A DNA stretch of 64,000 nucleotides from Octopus sinensis (taxonomy: Eukaryota), in the NCBI RefSeq assembly GCF_006345805.1, contig NC_042998.1:144894001-144958000 (forward strand), given 5' to 3'. Of the stretch, positions 1 to 12,328 are shown piece by piece (positions within the stretch are counted from its first letter, which is position 1; each line of letters starts with the position of its first letter). The notes below the pieces were generated by a model. That model was not told where the DNA came from. It did not search any database and saw only the letters and a program-made list of their open reading frames with translations. Made by a program: the position numbers and the translations under genes.

Positions 1-451
1 CAAAACCAAGAATGAAATAAACATAGCCTAATACTTTCAAGTGTGCTCTGTGTTTCAACCAGAAACACAGAATACATACAAACAAGCTTGTTGAAAACAA
101 GCACATTCCATTTAATGATAAAGTGAATTACACCATGCAAACAATCTAGTCATAAAACACAGATTTCCAAACAAACCTATCGAACCTGTTCTATTCTTCA
201 TCATTTTAGCCTGTTTTTATATGTTGACATTGGTTGGATAAGCCTTACAGTGTTCTCCTCTAATTCTACATTATGTTGCCTGTAAGATGTAATAACGCTT
301 CTTCCCATATTTTCCTCAATCTCTACAACAGATGATCTACACTATCAGCTCACAGCAATATTTTACTCATCAGACATCCTATATTCGTTCATGTTACAAG
401 TCCATTGCAATATACTCCCTTTAATATCCAGCCAGCTCAGATACCTTACAA

Positions 452-3322
452 CATAGCTTCCCAAAGTGGGCAATATCGCCCACAGGTGGGTAATTCCAAC
501 TTACAGGTGGGTGATGGGCGAATATCTAGAAAATGGTGGGTGATGTGAACATTTTTTGGGTGACAAAGAATTTTTAGAAATTAAGTCTGCATTTACTTAT
601 ATCTAGGCATGCCTAGAATAAGGGTGCACGTTTATCAATTTGACTACTTGCATGAGATATCCCTTTGTATTAAAAAAGTGGACTTGTTTATCAATCAAAT
701 ATTTTTGCTGCACAGTCATTGAGATGGTTGTCATATGTGCTAAAAATAGCAGGCAAATAGGCCTAGGCCTTAAATCATGCTTAAATCATGAAGTCCTTTG
801 TGTAGGATACAAATTCATAGAAATTCTCTGAAACTCCGGAAAATAAAAAAGTTATGAGGGATTATATGTCATGTGTAATTCTATGGCTTCATATCAAAAC
901 ACAAGTGCTATTTTCAAGATCTTGACAAAATGTGCAGTCACGTACAAAATGACAGCTTTGAAATTGTGTTTCTTGACTGAGTGAAAATGATCAAACTTTA
1001 TACCTCTATAACCTTTTAAAAACATTTTTCTGGAAAAAGTTGAATAACTCCAGCAATTTAACTTGGAAAGATATATCTAAATTTTAAAATTTCTGATAAA
1101 CTTTAATTTTTGAAATACTGACAGCCAAACAAATTAGATCTGTATTTGCTCCAGTAAAGATGTTTCATCTGACTCTGCTCTATTGACTTCTCTTTGGGAA
1201 TATCATACTGTCTTTCTGATGCTGTCTGTAGAAATTCATTTTCACATTTTCACTTTACTGAAGCCTTCAGTCAAGAAAATTTGTTGACAATACAGTAGTG
1301 ATTATTTGTCATTTGGATTTATTCCCTCTCCTCAGAACTGTCAATTACCAATTTGCCTTCTTTGTCATCAAACATCGACCAACGAAGCAGTGAAACCTTC
1401 ACACTTTAAGTATCACTTTGATGCAAAGCATTCTGACAAGGACAAGCCGTGATACTTTTTACAACTGAGTGCCTCTTTCAAAAAGCAAACACAAACATTC
1501 AACATGCCACTCCAGGAAACTAGTAAGCAGGAGAATGACAGGTTGATTGTATCATACAACATTGCATTGCTTATTGCTAAGTCTGGGAAGTCTCACACAG
1601 TTGGAGAAACATTACCTCACCCGGTTATCGAAGGGGTTTTGTCAACCACTATGAATGCAAAACCTGATGACATTATGAAGAGATCCTGCTTAGTAATAAC
1701 ACAATTTCCCGATGCATTGATGAAATGGCCAACGATGTCAACCATCAGCTAATTAATATTCTCCGGCATTCTGAATTTTCTATACAAGTGGATGAGCCAA
1801 CTGTTGTGGAGAATCAATGTTTGACAATGGTATATATTCAGTATTTCAGTGAAGACCTTCAACCTTGTGAAGAAATGCTGTTTACAGAGAAACTGTTGCT
1901 ATTTTTCACACTCTCAAGTCTTTCCTTTTTGACCATAATATTCCACTCAGTAATATTCTTGCCTGTGTGTCTGCTGGAGCTCCTGTGATAATAGGAAGAC
2001 AGATTTTTCATCTCTCCTAAAGCGTGAAATTTCCCACCAGATACTAACTGTTCATTGCATGGCACACTGGCAGTATTTAGTGGCAAAAAATATGAACAAT
2101 AGATTGAATCATGCATTACAGTTAGATATCAAGACTGTGAACAAACTGAAGTCCAATCATTTGTCTAATCGAATTTTCTATCAACTCTGTCTGAGAAATT
2201 ATGAGAACTATACTAAACTCTTATATCATACCAAAGCGCGGTGGCTGTTAAAAGGAAACTCTGTTTTATGCTTTGCTGAACTGTTTCATATAACCATATC
2301 TTTCTTTGATGATACTCCACTATCCACTTCACTGATGGCTTCAAAGGTGTGATGTCTTTTTTCTTTGATGTATTCACAAAATTAAATGACTTGAATAAGT
2401 TATTGCAAGGAAATAGAAAAACTCACTGATTGTAAATCATTTATCATTACCTTCATTTCAAAATTGGTGCTGTATAAGACTAACATTTCAAAACATCAAT
2501 TCCATCAACTTTCACAACTTGATTCTTTGAAAGATGAACTGGTCGATGAGGATTTAACTACATATTGTAACTATTTACAATCATGCATAATGACATGGTG
2601 AAACGATTTCAAGATGTTATTGCACTGAATATTCTAAATTGCTATAGCAATCTGTTTGAGGTCAATGCAGTTGATTGAGAGGATGACGTTCAGGAGGAAT
2701 TGACAGAATTACAAAATGACAATGACGCCACAATGGCAAAGAAGGTTTGTGGTTCCATCAAAGTATATTGAATTCCTACCTCAATCTCTGAAAACATCGG
2801 AAATTACTTTTGCTTGCCTTCCCTATCTCGTATCTGGTTGAACCTCGTTTTAGCTATATTGGAACTTTACTAGACTGGATGTGACACGAGGAGACTTGCG
2901 GCTAAAGTCGACAAGTTTGAAACCGAATGTATCTGCACTAGCTGCATCGCACCAGAACATGTGGTTCGCATTAAAAAGTTGTATTCTTTACCTTTATAAT
3001 ACAATCATTAATTATTTTTGCATGGTTCATTTGGGGAAAATAAAAATCAGTGTAAAAGAAAGCACAAGTTTACCAAAGTTAATTTGTCTGCATATTATAG
3101 AGTTAATGTTAGAATTTTATTGACACTAATGGCAAAACTAAACCCACAGTAAGGGATTTGTAAATAGCTGCATAATTAGTCTAAACGGCACTAACCAGGC
3201 AACAAGTCTATGATATAGTGTGTGTGTTAAATGAGGTTCTCCTAGGGAATTTAGTGTCAGGGTGGGGGGTTAACACAGGTGGACGATATTGCAATTTAGT
3301 GTGAAAAGTTTGGGAAACACTT
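452..3322 (+). mobile_element. Decayed full-length hAT (Buster/Charlie-type) DNA transposon with 8-bp TSD
   Basis: TSD CCTTACAA at 444-451 and 3323-3330. Degenerate TIRs CATAGCTTCCCAAAGT / AGTTTGGGAAACACTT. Frameshifted transposase motifs: SYNIALLIAKSGKSHTVGETL, FSIQVDEPT, HCMAH, LLYHTKARWLLKG (ORFs 1504-1752, 1725-1988, 2059-2352). Confidence 0.9.
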
Positions 3323-3513
3323 CCTTACAACAATGGTTTCCATGCAAACTGAGAGCACACAACCAATGGATCATACTGCCTTCTCTCCTGACTTTGTAGT
3401 TCTATCACAGTTTTAGCTCATATCTTGTTACCATGTTATCAGGCACCTGGATTTTTTCCATCTCTTTTTTTAAATTCTAACTAGAATAAGAAGAGTTAAA
3501 TATAAATATGTAT

Positions 3514-3549
<36 letters not shown>

Positions 3550-3564
3550 TACACACACACATAC

Positions 3565-3713
3565 GTGCAGGACTGAGAAGCTTGCTTCCCAACCATGTGA
3601 TTCCGGGTTCAGTCCCACTGTGTTGCACCTTGGGCAAGTGTCTTCTATTATAGCCCAGAGCCAACCAAAGATTTGTAAGTAGATTTGGTAGATGGAAACT
3701 ATAAGAAGCCCAT

Positions 3714-3752
<39 letters not shown>

Positions 3753-3990
3753 ATGCATGCATAGTCTTGTCTCAACAACACATGATGGTTGTAAACAAGT
3801 GTCACCATCATACACACAATGTCGTTCATTTCCAATCTTCTGTGAAAAACATTTCTGGCAATGGGGAAATGTCTTGCTTAGAAACAGGTGACGATCAGTG
3901 ACAGGAAGGACATCTAGTCAAAGAAAATCAGCCTTAACAAATTCTGTCTGGCCTATGAAAACATAGAAAAATGGACCTTAAAATAATATT
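3565..3990 (+). mobile_element. tRNA-derived SINE with internal (TG)n and RTE-like tail
   Basis: B-box-like GGGTTCAGTCCC and core CACCTTGGGCAAGTGTCTTCTA shared with many copies in the window, e.g. 26897, 55620, 61175, 62130. Confidence 0.75.
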
Positions 3991-6900
3991 TTTACATCCA
4001 CATTTTTCATGCCAGAATTGACTGAACAAATATTCTATATCCTGGTGCCCCTCCTGTCACCAAATCTTGCTTGTTTTCAAAATAAAGTGTGGAACATAAT
4101 GATTATGCAGGACATAAACATATATCACTGCTACCCAAGTGATATCAAAAAGATACACAGAGACAAACACATACACAATGGGTTTGCATCAATAAAATTT
4201 CACTAACAAGGTATTAGTCAACCTGAAAGCATTGTAGATGACACTTATTCAAGGTGTCATGCAGTGGGAATTGAACACAAAACCACAAGTAGTGTCCACA
4301 ATGTCTTGACCACATCATAGTTTGCCAGTCACATAAACTCATAATTCTACTAATGCCTAAATATAGTAAGATAATGCATCTTGTTTTGAAGGATCAACAA
4401 GAATATAAATTTATGAGGAATTTATGATTGTAAATATCAACAATCTAGATATCCATACAATAGTATGTTCCTATCTACCTTGTACATCATGATAAGGGAA
4501 GTAACTAAAACAGAGCAAAAAGTAAACAGATGGTAGTTACGGTAGCAGAGGGCAGGCATGGTGGTGTTGATAATGGTGAATGAAGAAAGATTTATAAAGA
4601 GAGAAGTACTAAAATATATAGAGAGTAAAAGTAAGAGAATATAAAAATAAGATATGATAATGGTAAATGATGATGGTGGTAGGGTTGGTGATGTTTATAC
4701 TGAAATGTCAGGGAGTAGGAGTGAAAATAGAGAGTGGTAAAGCTAGCTTAGGGCTGTAATGAGAGAGAGAAGTGAAAGACTGAGTAAGAGTGAGAATTGA
4801 AATAAACAAGTAAGAGAAGAAACAGAACATTGAAAGAATGAAAGTGATACAGAGATGGAAAGGGAGAAGGAACAATATGAAACACAGCAAAGTTTATGCA
4901 GTCATCACTGCTTTAGCTATCTCACTATCTCATTATCTCTCTGTCTCTCTCTCTCTATTTCTTTCTGAATTTATGTTTTTTTTATAAATATCTTAGTATA
5001 TACAATGTTTAGTTGAAAGTTTACAACACAAATGCTGAGATCTGTAAATAGGTATGTATTATCTTTATGATTGTCAGTATGTGCATAAATAGTAGAAAAC
5101 ACTTGCCAATGTGTTGCACAGTGGAACTGAACTGAAAAACACACAGTTGGGAAGCAAACTTCCGAACCACACAGCCATGCTTGCATATGAGAGAGAGAGA
5201 GATTGAATTGTCCCAAGTGTGCGAATAAGTACTTCACTTGAGTTTTATAGTGTCAACAACTGATTAGAGATGAAGTAGAAGCAATGTTTTAAACATGTTT
5301 TACCCATGAAAGATTGGAAGTTACAGGACATAGTATTTGCAGTGAGTTTGAGCACTTTAGCTGTGTTGTTCATGAATAAGAAGGATGGAGCCTAAGGTTG
5401 TTTATGTCTGAGTGTTGCTGAAGAAAACTAGCTATTTCTCCCATTCAGTACTCAATGTTGTCAAAGTACATGGAGGTAATGCAAATTTGGTGTGAGGTAT
5501 CTCGACTGCAAATCGATAAGAGACACACATAGGATCTGTGTTTCATTATAGGTGTGTGTGTGGTGTGTGTGTGTGTGTGTGCGCGCACACACACACACAC
5601 ACAAACATGCTTACAAGTGGTAGTGATTAAGTTATTCATGTCCAGAAGAGAAAGTATGAAAGACATAACCCAACCATGAAGTTTAATCCCTTCATCTCCC
5701 AGTAAAAAGCTGCCTTTCTCAGGGTTCATGGTCCTGTATGCTATATGGCAACCTTGCAAGCGTGGGTGGCATGAAAAAAGCAAGTAAACACTGTAAACTG
5801 GTTGACATTTAGAAGGGTTTCTAGCCTTTAAAGCTGAAGTAGACAGTAGAGCATTGTATACTCCTTGGACCCATCAGATCCTATCAAACCATTCAACCCA
5901 TGCCAGCATGGAACACAGATAGTAAGTGTTGAGTGTTATGAAGTATGCCTGACTTGACAGACTATAAACTGGAGTCAGCTTCATTATTGCAAAATATGAT
6001 AAAGCAATGTAAGAGTAAATTCCAATGAAAGGTAACTTTAGTTAAATTCTCATGACAGATACAATTGAAAACAATAACATTGCATTGGCTTAAGTTCTTA
6101 AAGGAAAGCAACAACTTATATATAAGACAGTAAGTCTGAGGTGGATCTGGCTGTTCACAAATCATACTTGTAGTCAGTGGTGGTTTAAACAATATTAATC
6201 AGTATACATTTTCTTGTTTGAGTTGTGGAGTTGAGGCTTGATTTTTCTTGGTTAAAACTTACAGCTGTATCTTTCCAGATATTTATATGTATTCCAGTAA
6301 ATAAGAATTACATCATTGTCCTCTCCCAATGGCTTCTTCAATTCTCCTTAACAACCTCTCATCTATTTATGATGTACCTCTCCATTCCATCATCTGCTGA
6401 TATTTACTCATATAACATAGAATAGCATTAGACCAACACCACCTAAAGAAACAGATTTGTAAGCAAGACATAGGCAGCCCTCCAAACCACCTAGGAAGGC
6501 AGTAACTCTGAATCATACTCAAACAGCGATGAATCACCTAACCCATACCAGTATGGTTAATAGATGATGATAACATTGCCTCAAACTCAAAAGGAAGAAA
6601 CAAAACACCCAACACTAGATAGACAAAGCTTACTGCCCTCTTGACACAAACTCAGTCATTAACATTTAATTTATGATGCCCCAAGCAAGAAAATGCAGTA
6701 TTTCAATTAATATATGGTAAAAAGTTGAAACTATGTGAATAATTTTTACTAAATTAGTGAGTCAGCCCACTGTTCCTATCCATGTACTCTATTTGAGCAA
6801 CAGGTTTTCATTCTTGTTCTTCAGAAAGTAAAACATGAAACCCCCACCCCCAAAAAACTTCACAATATTCACCCTCTCATCTACTCCCTATCTGTAACCA

Positions 6901-7429
6901 TCTTTTCTTCTCCTATACACTCTACAAACTTTACCCTAGCCACACTTCTTTTTCTCACTTCCCTTTTACATAACTTGTGTCTTGAGGGTTCATCCCAACA
7001 CCTCATCACCACCGTCTACCCAGTTACACTCTCAACCTCTATTATATAATGAAAGTAGCCGTGTAGCTCCCCTACAGCAAGAAACCTGTTCTGGTCTGGC
7101 CCTTCTCTCTTACTTCATCCTATAGTATAAAGTCATTGCCTTCCCTGATGTAGCCCACTCAGTTGAAGGCTGCATAGTGACCTCACTTGTAATGATGCTA
7201 AGAAAAAAAGCATCTATCACATTCTGTAAAGTGGCTGGCAGGAGGAAGGATCCAACCACAGAAACCATGCCAAATCAAACAATGGAGGACAATGCAGTTT
7301 TCAGACCTATCAAACCAGCCAATCCATGTTGGCATGGAATACTGATAATAAATGATAATATATGATAGGTTTTTTTTTCAGTCTCCATCTATCAAATCCA
7401 CCCTCAAGGCTTTGACTGACACAAAGCCT

Positions 7430-8880
7430 TAATATGGAGTTTCTACTTGTACCCTGAATTCTTTTGCTGTACTCATTACCAACCCTCACCTTAATAGTAG
7501 CATTATTGTACATAGATTGTACAGCTCTCACCAACCACTCATCTATCCCTAGTTTCAGCATTGACCACCAGATAATGGATTGGGGGACCCTGTCAAAGGC
7601 TTTCTCCAAGTCAACAAAGGGCAAGTACAGAGGTTTATCTTTGGCTATGTATTTCTCCAGCAACTGCCTTACCAGCATCAATGGTGCTTCTCCCTGGCAC
7701 AAAATCAAACTACATCTCATCTAAGCTAACTCTCTCCCTAATTAGTTGGGCTATGACTCTCTCCATAACTTTCATCATCTGATCCAACAATTTGATATCT
7801 CAGTAATTATTTCTATCTAAGGCATCACCTTTACCTTTGTAGCAGTTGACTATGGTGCTGCTACACCAGTCATTGGTTATGACTCCTTTGTGAACCACCT
7901 GACTTACAATACGGGTGACTAGACCATAACCCACACCGCCAGATATTTTAAGCATCTTAGCAATGATTCCTGATGGGCCGGGGGGGGGGGGGGTGACTTT
8001 TCCTTCATATCCCTAATTGCTTTATCTACCAAGGAACTGTCGATTCAGGCAGCTGGTCCCTCAATTGGGTCAACATTCAGCAGACTCTGCTCCTCCCATT
8101 CATTTCCCACGTTCAACAGTCTTTCATAATGGCATTTCCAAGCCACTTTGCAGAATTATTTAATGCAAGTGCACCATCATCCATGAGGACACATTTCTCT
8201 CCTATGACATCACGATTTTCTCTCACACACTGTCTTGCAATCCAAAACACTTCAGTTTTTTGGTCCTTTCATTGCTAAACATAGGCGAACTTCTTTTCTG
8301 CATCTCCCTTGGCTAGATATACACCTGTCTCCTAGCTTCCCTTCTGGCTATCTGATACAGTTCTCTGCTTCTCCCCCACTCTTCCAAGCCTGTTTCTTTT
8401 CTCTAATGGCCCTGTTTACTGCATCGGTCTCCTCCCTCTCATCAGATTTCTCAATTAGGATGTTCCTAAATCTCTGACCATATGAAAGGTCTTTAAACTT
8501 CCAAATCTTTCTTTTCCAGATTGGTTTGCTTCTTGGCATCCTTCTGGCCAGGAGTCTAAAATTACTAATAACTAGTTTATGTTAGGGAGTACATTCTTCA
8601 CTAAGGAGGGTCTTTGTATTTAAGAGTAACCATGCATCCCATTGGCTGGTGAGAATGTAATCAATCCGGCTAGCACAATCACCTGAATGGTAGGTTATCA
8701 AATGGCTGGCTGGCTTCCTGAAGTTGGTGTTGCAGATCAATAAGTTGTTTGTATCACAGAACTCCAGTAGCCTCATTTCCTCTTCATTTCAGGGACCAAT
8801 TCTATGGACACCATGGAAGATACCAGTCTACAGTCCAACATGCCCATTGAAATCCCCAGCCACATGCGTATCATTGTCTA
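7430..8880 (-). mobile_element. RTE-clade LINE fragment (APE endonuclease and RT pieces, internally deleted)
   Basis: Minus-strand AGDFNGHVG, RLLEFCDTNNLLICNTNFRKPASHLITYHSG..IDYILT (APE) and LVRQLLEKYIAKDKPLYLPFVDLEKAFDRVP..WWSMLKLGIDEWLVRAVQSMY (RT); stops and frameshifts. Confidence 0.9.
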
Positions 8881-9485
8881 CTTGCCTTGACATTGCATGA
8901 TAGTTGTAGGCGAGTGTCACCATCATACAAGTAGTGTCCTTTTGTTTCCTACCTTGCATGAATGCCATGAGAGAATATTAACAGGTCAGGGTTGGTGAAT
9001 ATTAACATGTTGGTGACAATATTCACAGGCTGGTGACAAGAAAGGCATCAGGCTACAGAAAATCTGTCTCAACAAATTCTGTCTGAGCCATGTGAGCATG
9101 GAAAAGTAGATGTTAAAACAATGACAATAATGATAATGCAAACAAACTGTTCCACAACAACAGACCAACTCATGTTGGTCTAATACAATTGGGTAATAAA
9201 AGACGATTAGGAATTTACCTTTCCTTTAGCAAAGTAACCAAAACAGTTTGTGAATCATGTTAATTCAGCTTAATTTTAGAGTTGAAATATTTACTGTCCT
9301 AACATGCTAGAATGGAAAAGCTAAGAGATGTTATTCTAAACCAAATGATTAATTCAGTAGGAAGAATGAGAATTGAAAGAATGCAAACAGCTAGTAAATT
9401 GAAAAACTTTTGATTGGGGAGGGGGGAAAGGAAGGATAACTATTTAGTGTTTCACCAAAAGTAAACCATTTCCTCCCCTTTATTG

Positions 9486-9523
<38 letters not shown>

Positions 9524-9613
9524 CACACACATCCAGTTGATCATATTAAATCTCAGTGTATTTTCTATCAAACAGAATTGAATAAACATGAACAAAGATT
9601 GAACAATACTTAC

Positions 9614-9815
9614 ATTTCTTCACAAACTCATAAACATATTTGTTTTTCAATAAGTTTTGTGTCTGGCATTCATTAAATAAAACATATAAACAATCCAAGA
9701 GTCCCTGATGGTTCACTAATGTATCCAATATGCCAGCCTCTTGGATTTCTCCTTGCATCAGCTTCTCCAGTTTTTGGATTCGACTCGTAATCGAATCCAT
9801 ACTTTCATTATCCAT
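9614..9815 (-). CDS. CIT: First coding exon of a citron Rho-interacting kinase-like gene (DMPK/ROCK/MRCK/CIT family N-terminus)
   Basis: Translates MDNESMDSITSRIQKLEKLMQGEIQEAGILDTLVNHQGLLDCLYVLFNECQTQNLLKNKYVYEFVKK plus 1 nt. This resembles the vertebrate citron N-terminus as I recall it (..[32 protein letters not shown]). Strong acceptor TTTTTTTTCTTTTAG ends at 9826, then 10 nt of UTR (9825-9816), ATG at 9815, and a phase-1 donor GTAAGT at 9613-9608. No kinase-domain exon was found in 1-9600, so downstream exons are probably outside the window. Confidence 0.8.
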
Positions 9816-11173
9816 TTTGATTTCGCTAAAAGAAAAAAAATAATAGTAATAACAAATGAATAACAATAATAAAATATATAAAGAAAAGTAATGCAAAGTC
9901 TTTATAAGATGACTTTAATATATAAAAAAAATTTCCTAATTGATGAACAGATTTTTTTCCCCCTTCTTCAGATGAGTAAACAGAAGTTATTATACAAAGG
10001 CATATAATTGAACAGCAAATGCTTTTAGTTGAGTTTGCATTGTATTGAAAGCTTATCCATTTATCTCAAGATCAAATTTGCCCCTGAAGTATTGGGATGT
10101 TAATTTGTTGTAAATGAATGTTATTTAGAAATTATTTCAGTGAAGGAATAGTGCAAACATTTGCAGCTACAAGTGAAAAATCATTGAACATCTGAGGAAA
10201 ATATTGGCAAATGAAAGTAAAAGCTGGGCATGTGGGTAGGTATGAGAAATCATCATCATTTAATCATTTAACATCCATGTTCCATGCTGGCAACAGGTAG
10301 GTTTGACAGAATCAAATGGGTCAAAGGGCTACATTGTCCTCAACTGCCAATTTTGGCATGGTTTCTCTAGTTGAATGCCCTTCCTGATGCCAACCACTTT
10401 ACAGTGAGTGCTGGGTGCATTTTTTCACACCACCAGCACTAGTGAGATCACTATCTATATTGCAAAACTACAAGCCCTGGGAGAGGTGGCTTTATGCTAG
10501 TAGATGAATGGTTGCGGGATGGGGACAGAACGGAACGGAACAGGTTCCTTGCTGTGGAGAAGTAAATTATGTGACCACTCACATTTTAGAAGAGAGGATG
10601 GGAATGAGTGGAGTGGGGAAGAGTTAATAGTAGCAATGAGGTGTCTGTATGGACCCTCAAGGTATGTGGTGAGTAGCTGTGAGTTGGAACAGAAGAACTA
10701 GAAGTGTGGGGAGGTAGAGATTGAAAGAGTGTATGGGATAGTGAGAGATGGGGACTGGGTGAGGTATGTGTGAATACAATAAAGGACAAGTGTTGAAGGA
10801 TGTATTATCTAATGGTGAATAAAGAGTAGGTATTCAATGATGCATGGGGATGAAGAACAGCAGAATATAACAATGATACAATGGACAGGGGTGGGGGATG
10901 ATTGGTTGGGTAGGGAGCATATAGTCCCTTCATTGACTTTCAACTGGTAGTAATTTTAAAAAGTTGTGAATGCTGCTGTTGGTATTTTTATTTATTTATT
11001 TACTTTTTTAGTTATCGCCATACTAATATGGCATTCTTATAAAAATAACAATAAAGCTGACCGCTTATTAGCTCCATGATGCCATCGCCTTAAGTTAGCT
11101 ATTTGATACACAAACTGTATCCATATAACCTTTGAACAAGGGATTTCAGTCGCTCCACACTACTTGGCCAGCA

Positions 11174-11215
11174 GCTACAGACGCGTTTCGGGGTATTGCC
11201 CCTTTTCAATGCAGC
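11174..11215 (-). ncRNA. Minimal type I hammerhead ribozyme in the inverted copy (same strand as the CIT-like gene)
   Basis: Exact reverse complement of 11561-11602. Confidence 0.8.
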
Positions 11216-11560
11216 GTAGCCAAACCAGTAGGTGTCACTTCTGACAATCTCTGTTCAAAGGCTTTATTTACCTAGCTTCAAAGGTTATATGGATACAGTT
11301 TGTGTATCAAATAGCTAACTTAAGGCGATGGCCTCATGGAGCTAATAAGCGGTCAGCTTTATTCTTATTTTTATAAGAATGCCATATTAGTATGGCGATA
11401 ACTAATATTTTCCGGGAACGCTGCCGTTGTTCTCTTTTAGAGAGACTTAGTAATTTTAATATTTCTATTATTGAAAACAAGTGGATGTATTCCACCGAAG
11501 CTAGGTAAATAAAACCTTTGAACAGAGATTGTCAGAAGTGACACCTACTGGTTTGGCTAC

Positions 11561-11602
11561 GCTGCATTGAAAAGGGGCAATACCCCGAAACGCGTCTGTA
11601 GC
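11561..11602 (+). ncRNA. Minimal type I hammerhead ribozyme, U3:A8 variant core (unit 1)
   Basis: Stem I GCUGCA/UGUAGC; core UUGAAAA; stem II GGGG-CAAUA-CCCC; GAAAC-GC-GUC with palindromic ACGCGU. Predicted cleavage 3' of C11596. Confidence 0.8.
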
Positions 11603-11923
11603 TGCCGGCCAAGTAGTGTGGAGCGACTGACCTCCCTTGTTCAAAGGTTATATGGATACAGTTTGTGTATCAAATAGCTAACTTAAGGCGATGGCCTCAT
11701 GGAGCTAATAAGCGGTCAGCTTTATTCTTATTTTTATAAGAATGCCATATTAGTATGGCGATAACTAATATTTTCCGGGAACGCTGCCGTTGTTCTCTTT
11801 TAGAGAGACTTAGTAATTTTAATATTTTTATTATTGAAAACAAGTGGATGTATTCCACCGAAGCTAGGTAAATAAAACCTTTGAACAGAGATTGTCAGAA
11901 GTGACACCTACTGGTTTGGCTAC

Positions 11924-11965
11924 GCTGCATTGAAAAGGGGCAATACCCCGAAACGCGTCTGTAGC
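11924..11965 (+). ncRNA. Minimal type I hammerhead ribozyme (unit 2)
   Basis: Identical to 11561-11602, 363 nt downstream. Confidence 0.8.
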
Positions 11966-12286
11966 TGCCGGCCAAGTAGTGTGGAGCGACTGACCTCCCT
12001 TGTTCAAAGGTTATATGGATACAGTTTGTGTATCAAATAGCTAACTTAAGGCGATGGCCTCATGGAGCTAATAAGCGGTCAGCTTTATTGTTATTTTTAT
12101 AAGAATGCCATATTAGTATGGCGATAACTAATATTTTCCAGGAACGCTGCCGTTGTTCTCTTTTAGAGAGACTTAGTAATTTTAATATTTCTATTATTGA
12201 AAACAAGTGGATGTATTCCACCGAAGCTAGGTAAATAAAACCTTTGAACAGAGATTGTCAGAAGTGACACCTACTGGTTTGGCTAC

Positions 12287-12328
12287 GCTGCATTGAAAAG
12301 GGGCAATACCCCGAAACGCGTCTGTAGC
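12287..12328 (+). ncRNA. Minimal type I hammerhead ribozyme (unit 3)
   Basis: Identical to 11561-11602, 726 nt downstream. Confidence 0.8.

Noticed and set aside
249-330. Possible second kinase exon on the minus strand (IEENMGRSVITSYRQHNVELEENT, then GTAAGG)
   Set aside because: It does not resemble the expected start of the kinase domain (no DF..IG.G.FG motif), and the acceptor and phase fit is poor.
3470-3901. ORFs with HTHTHT, CVCVCV or YIYIYI runs (many across the window)
   Set aside because: These are translations of (CA)n, (TG)n and (TA)n microsatellites within SINEs.
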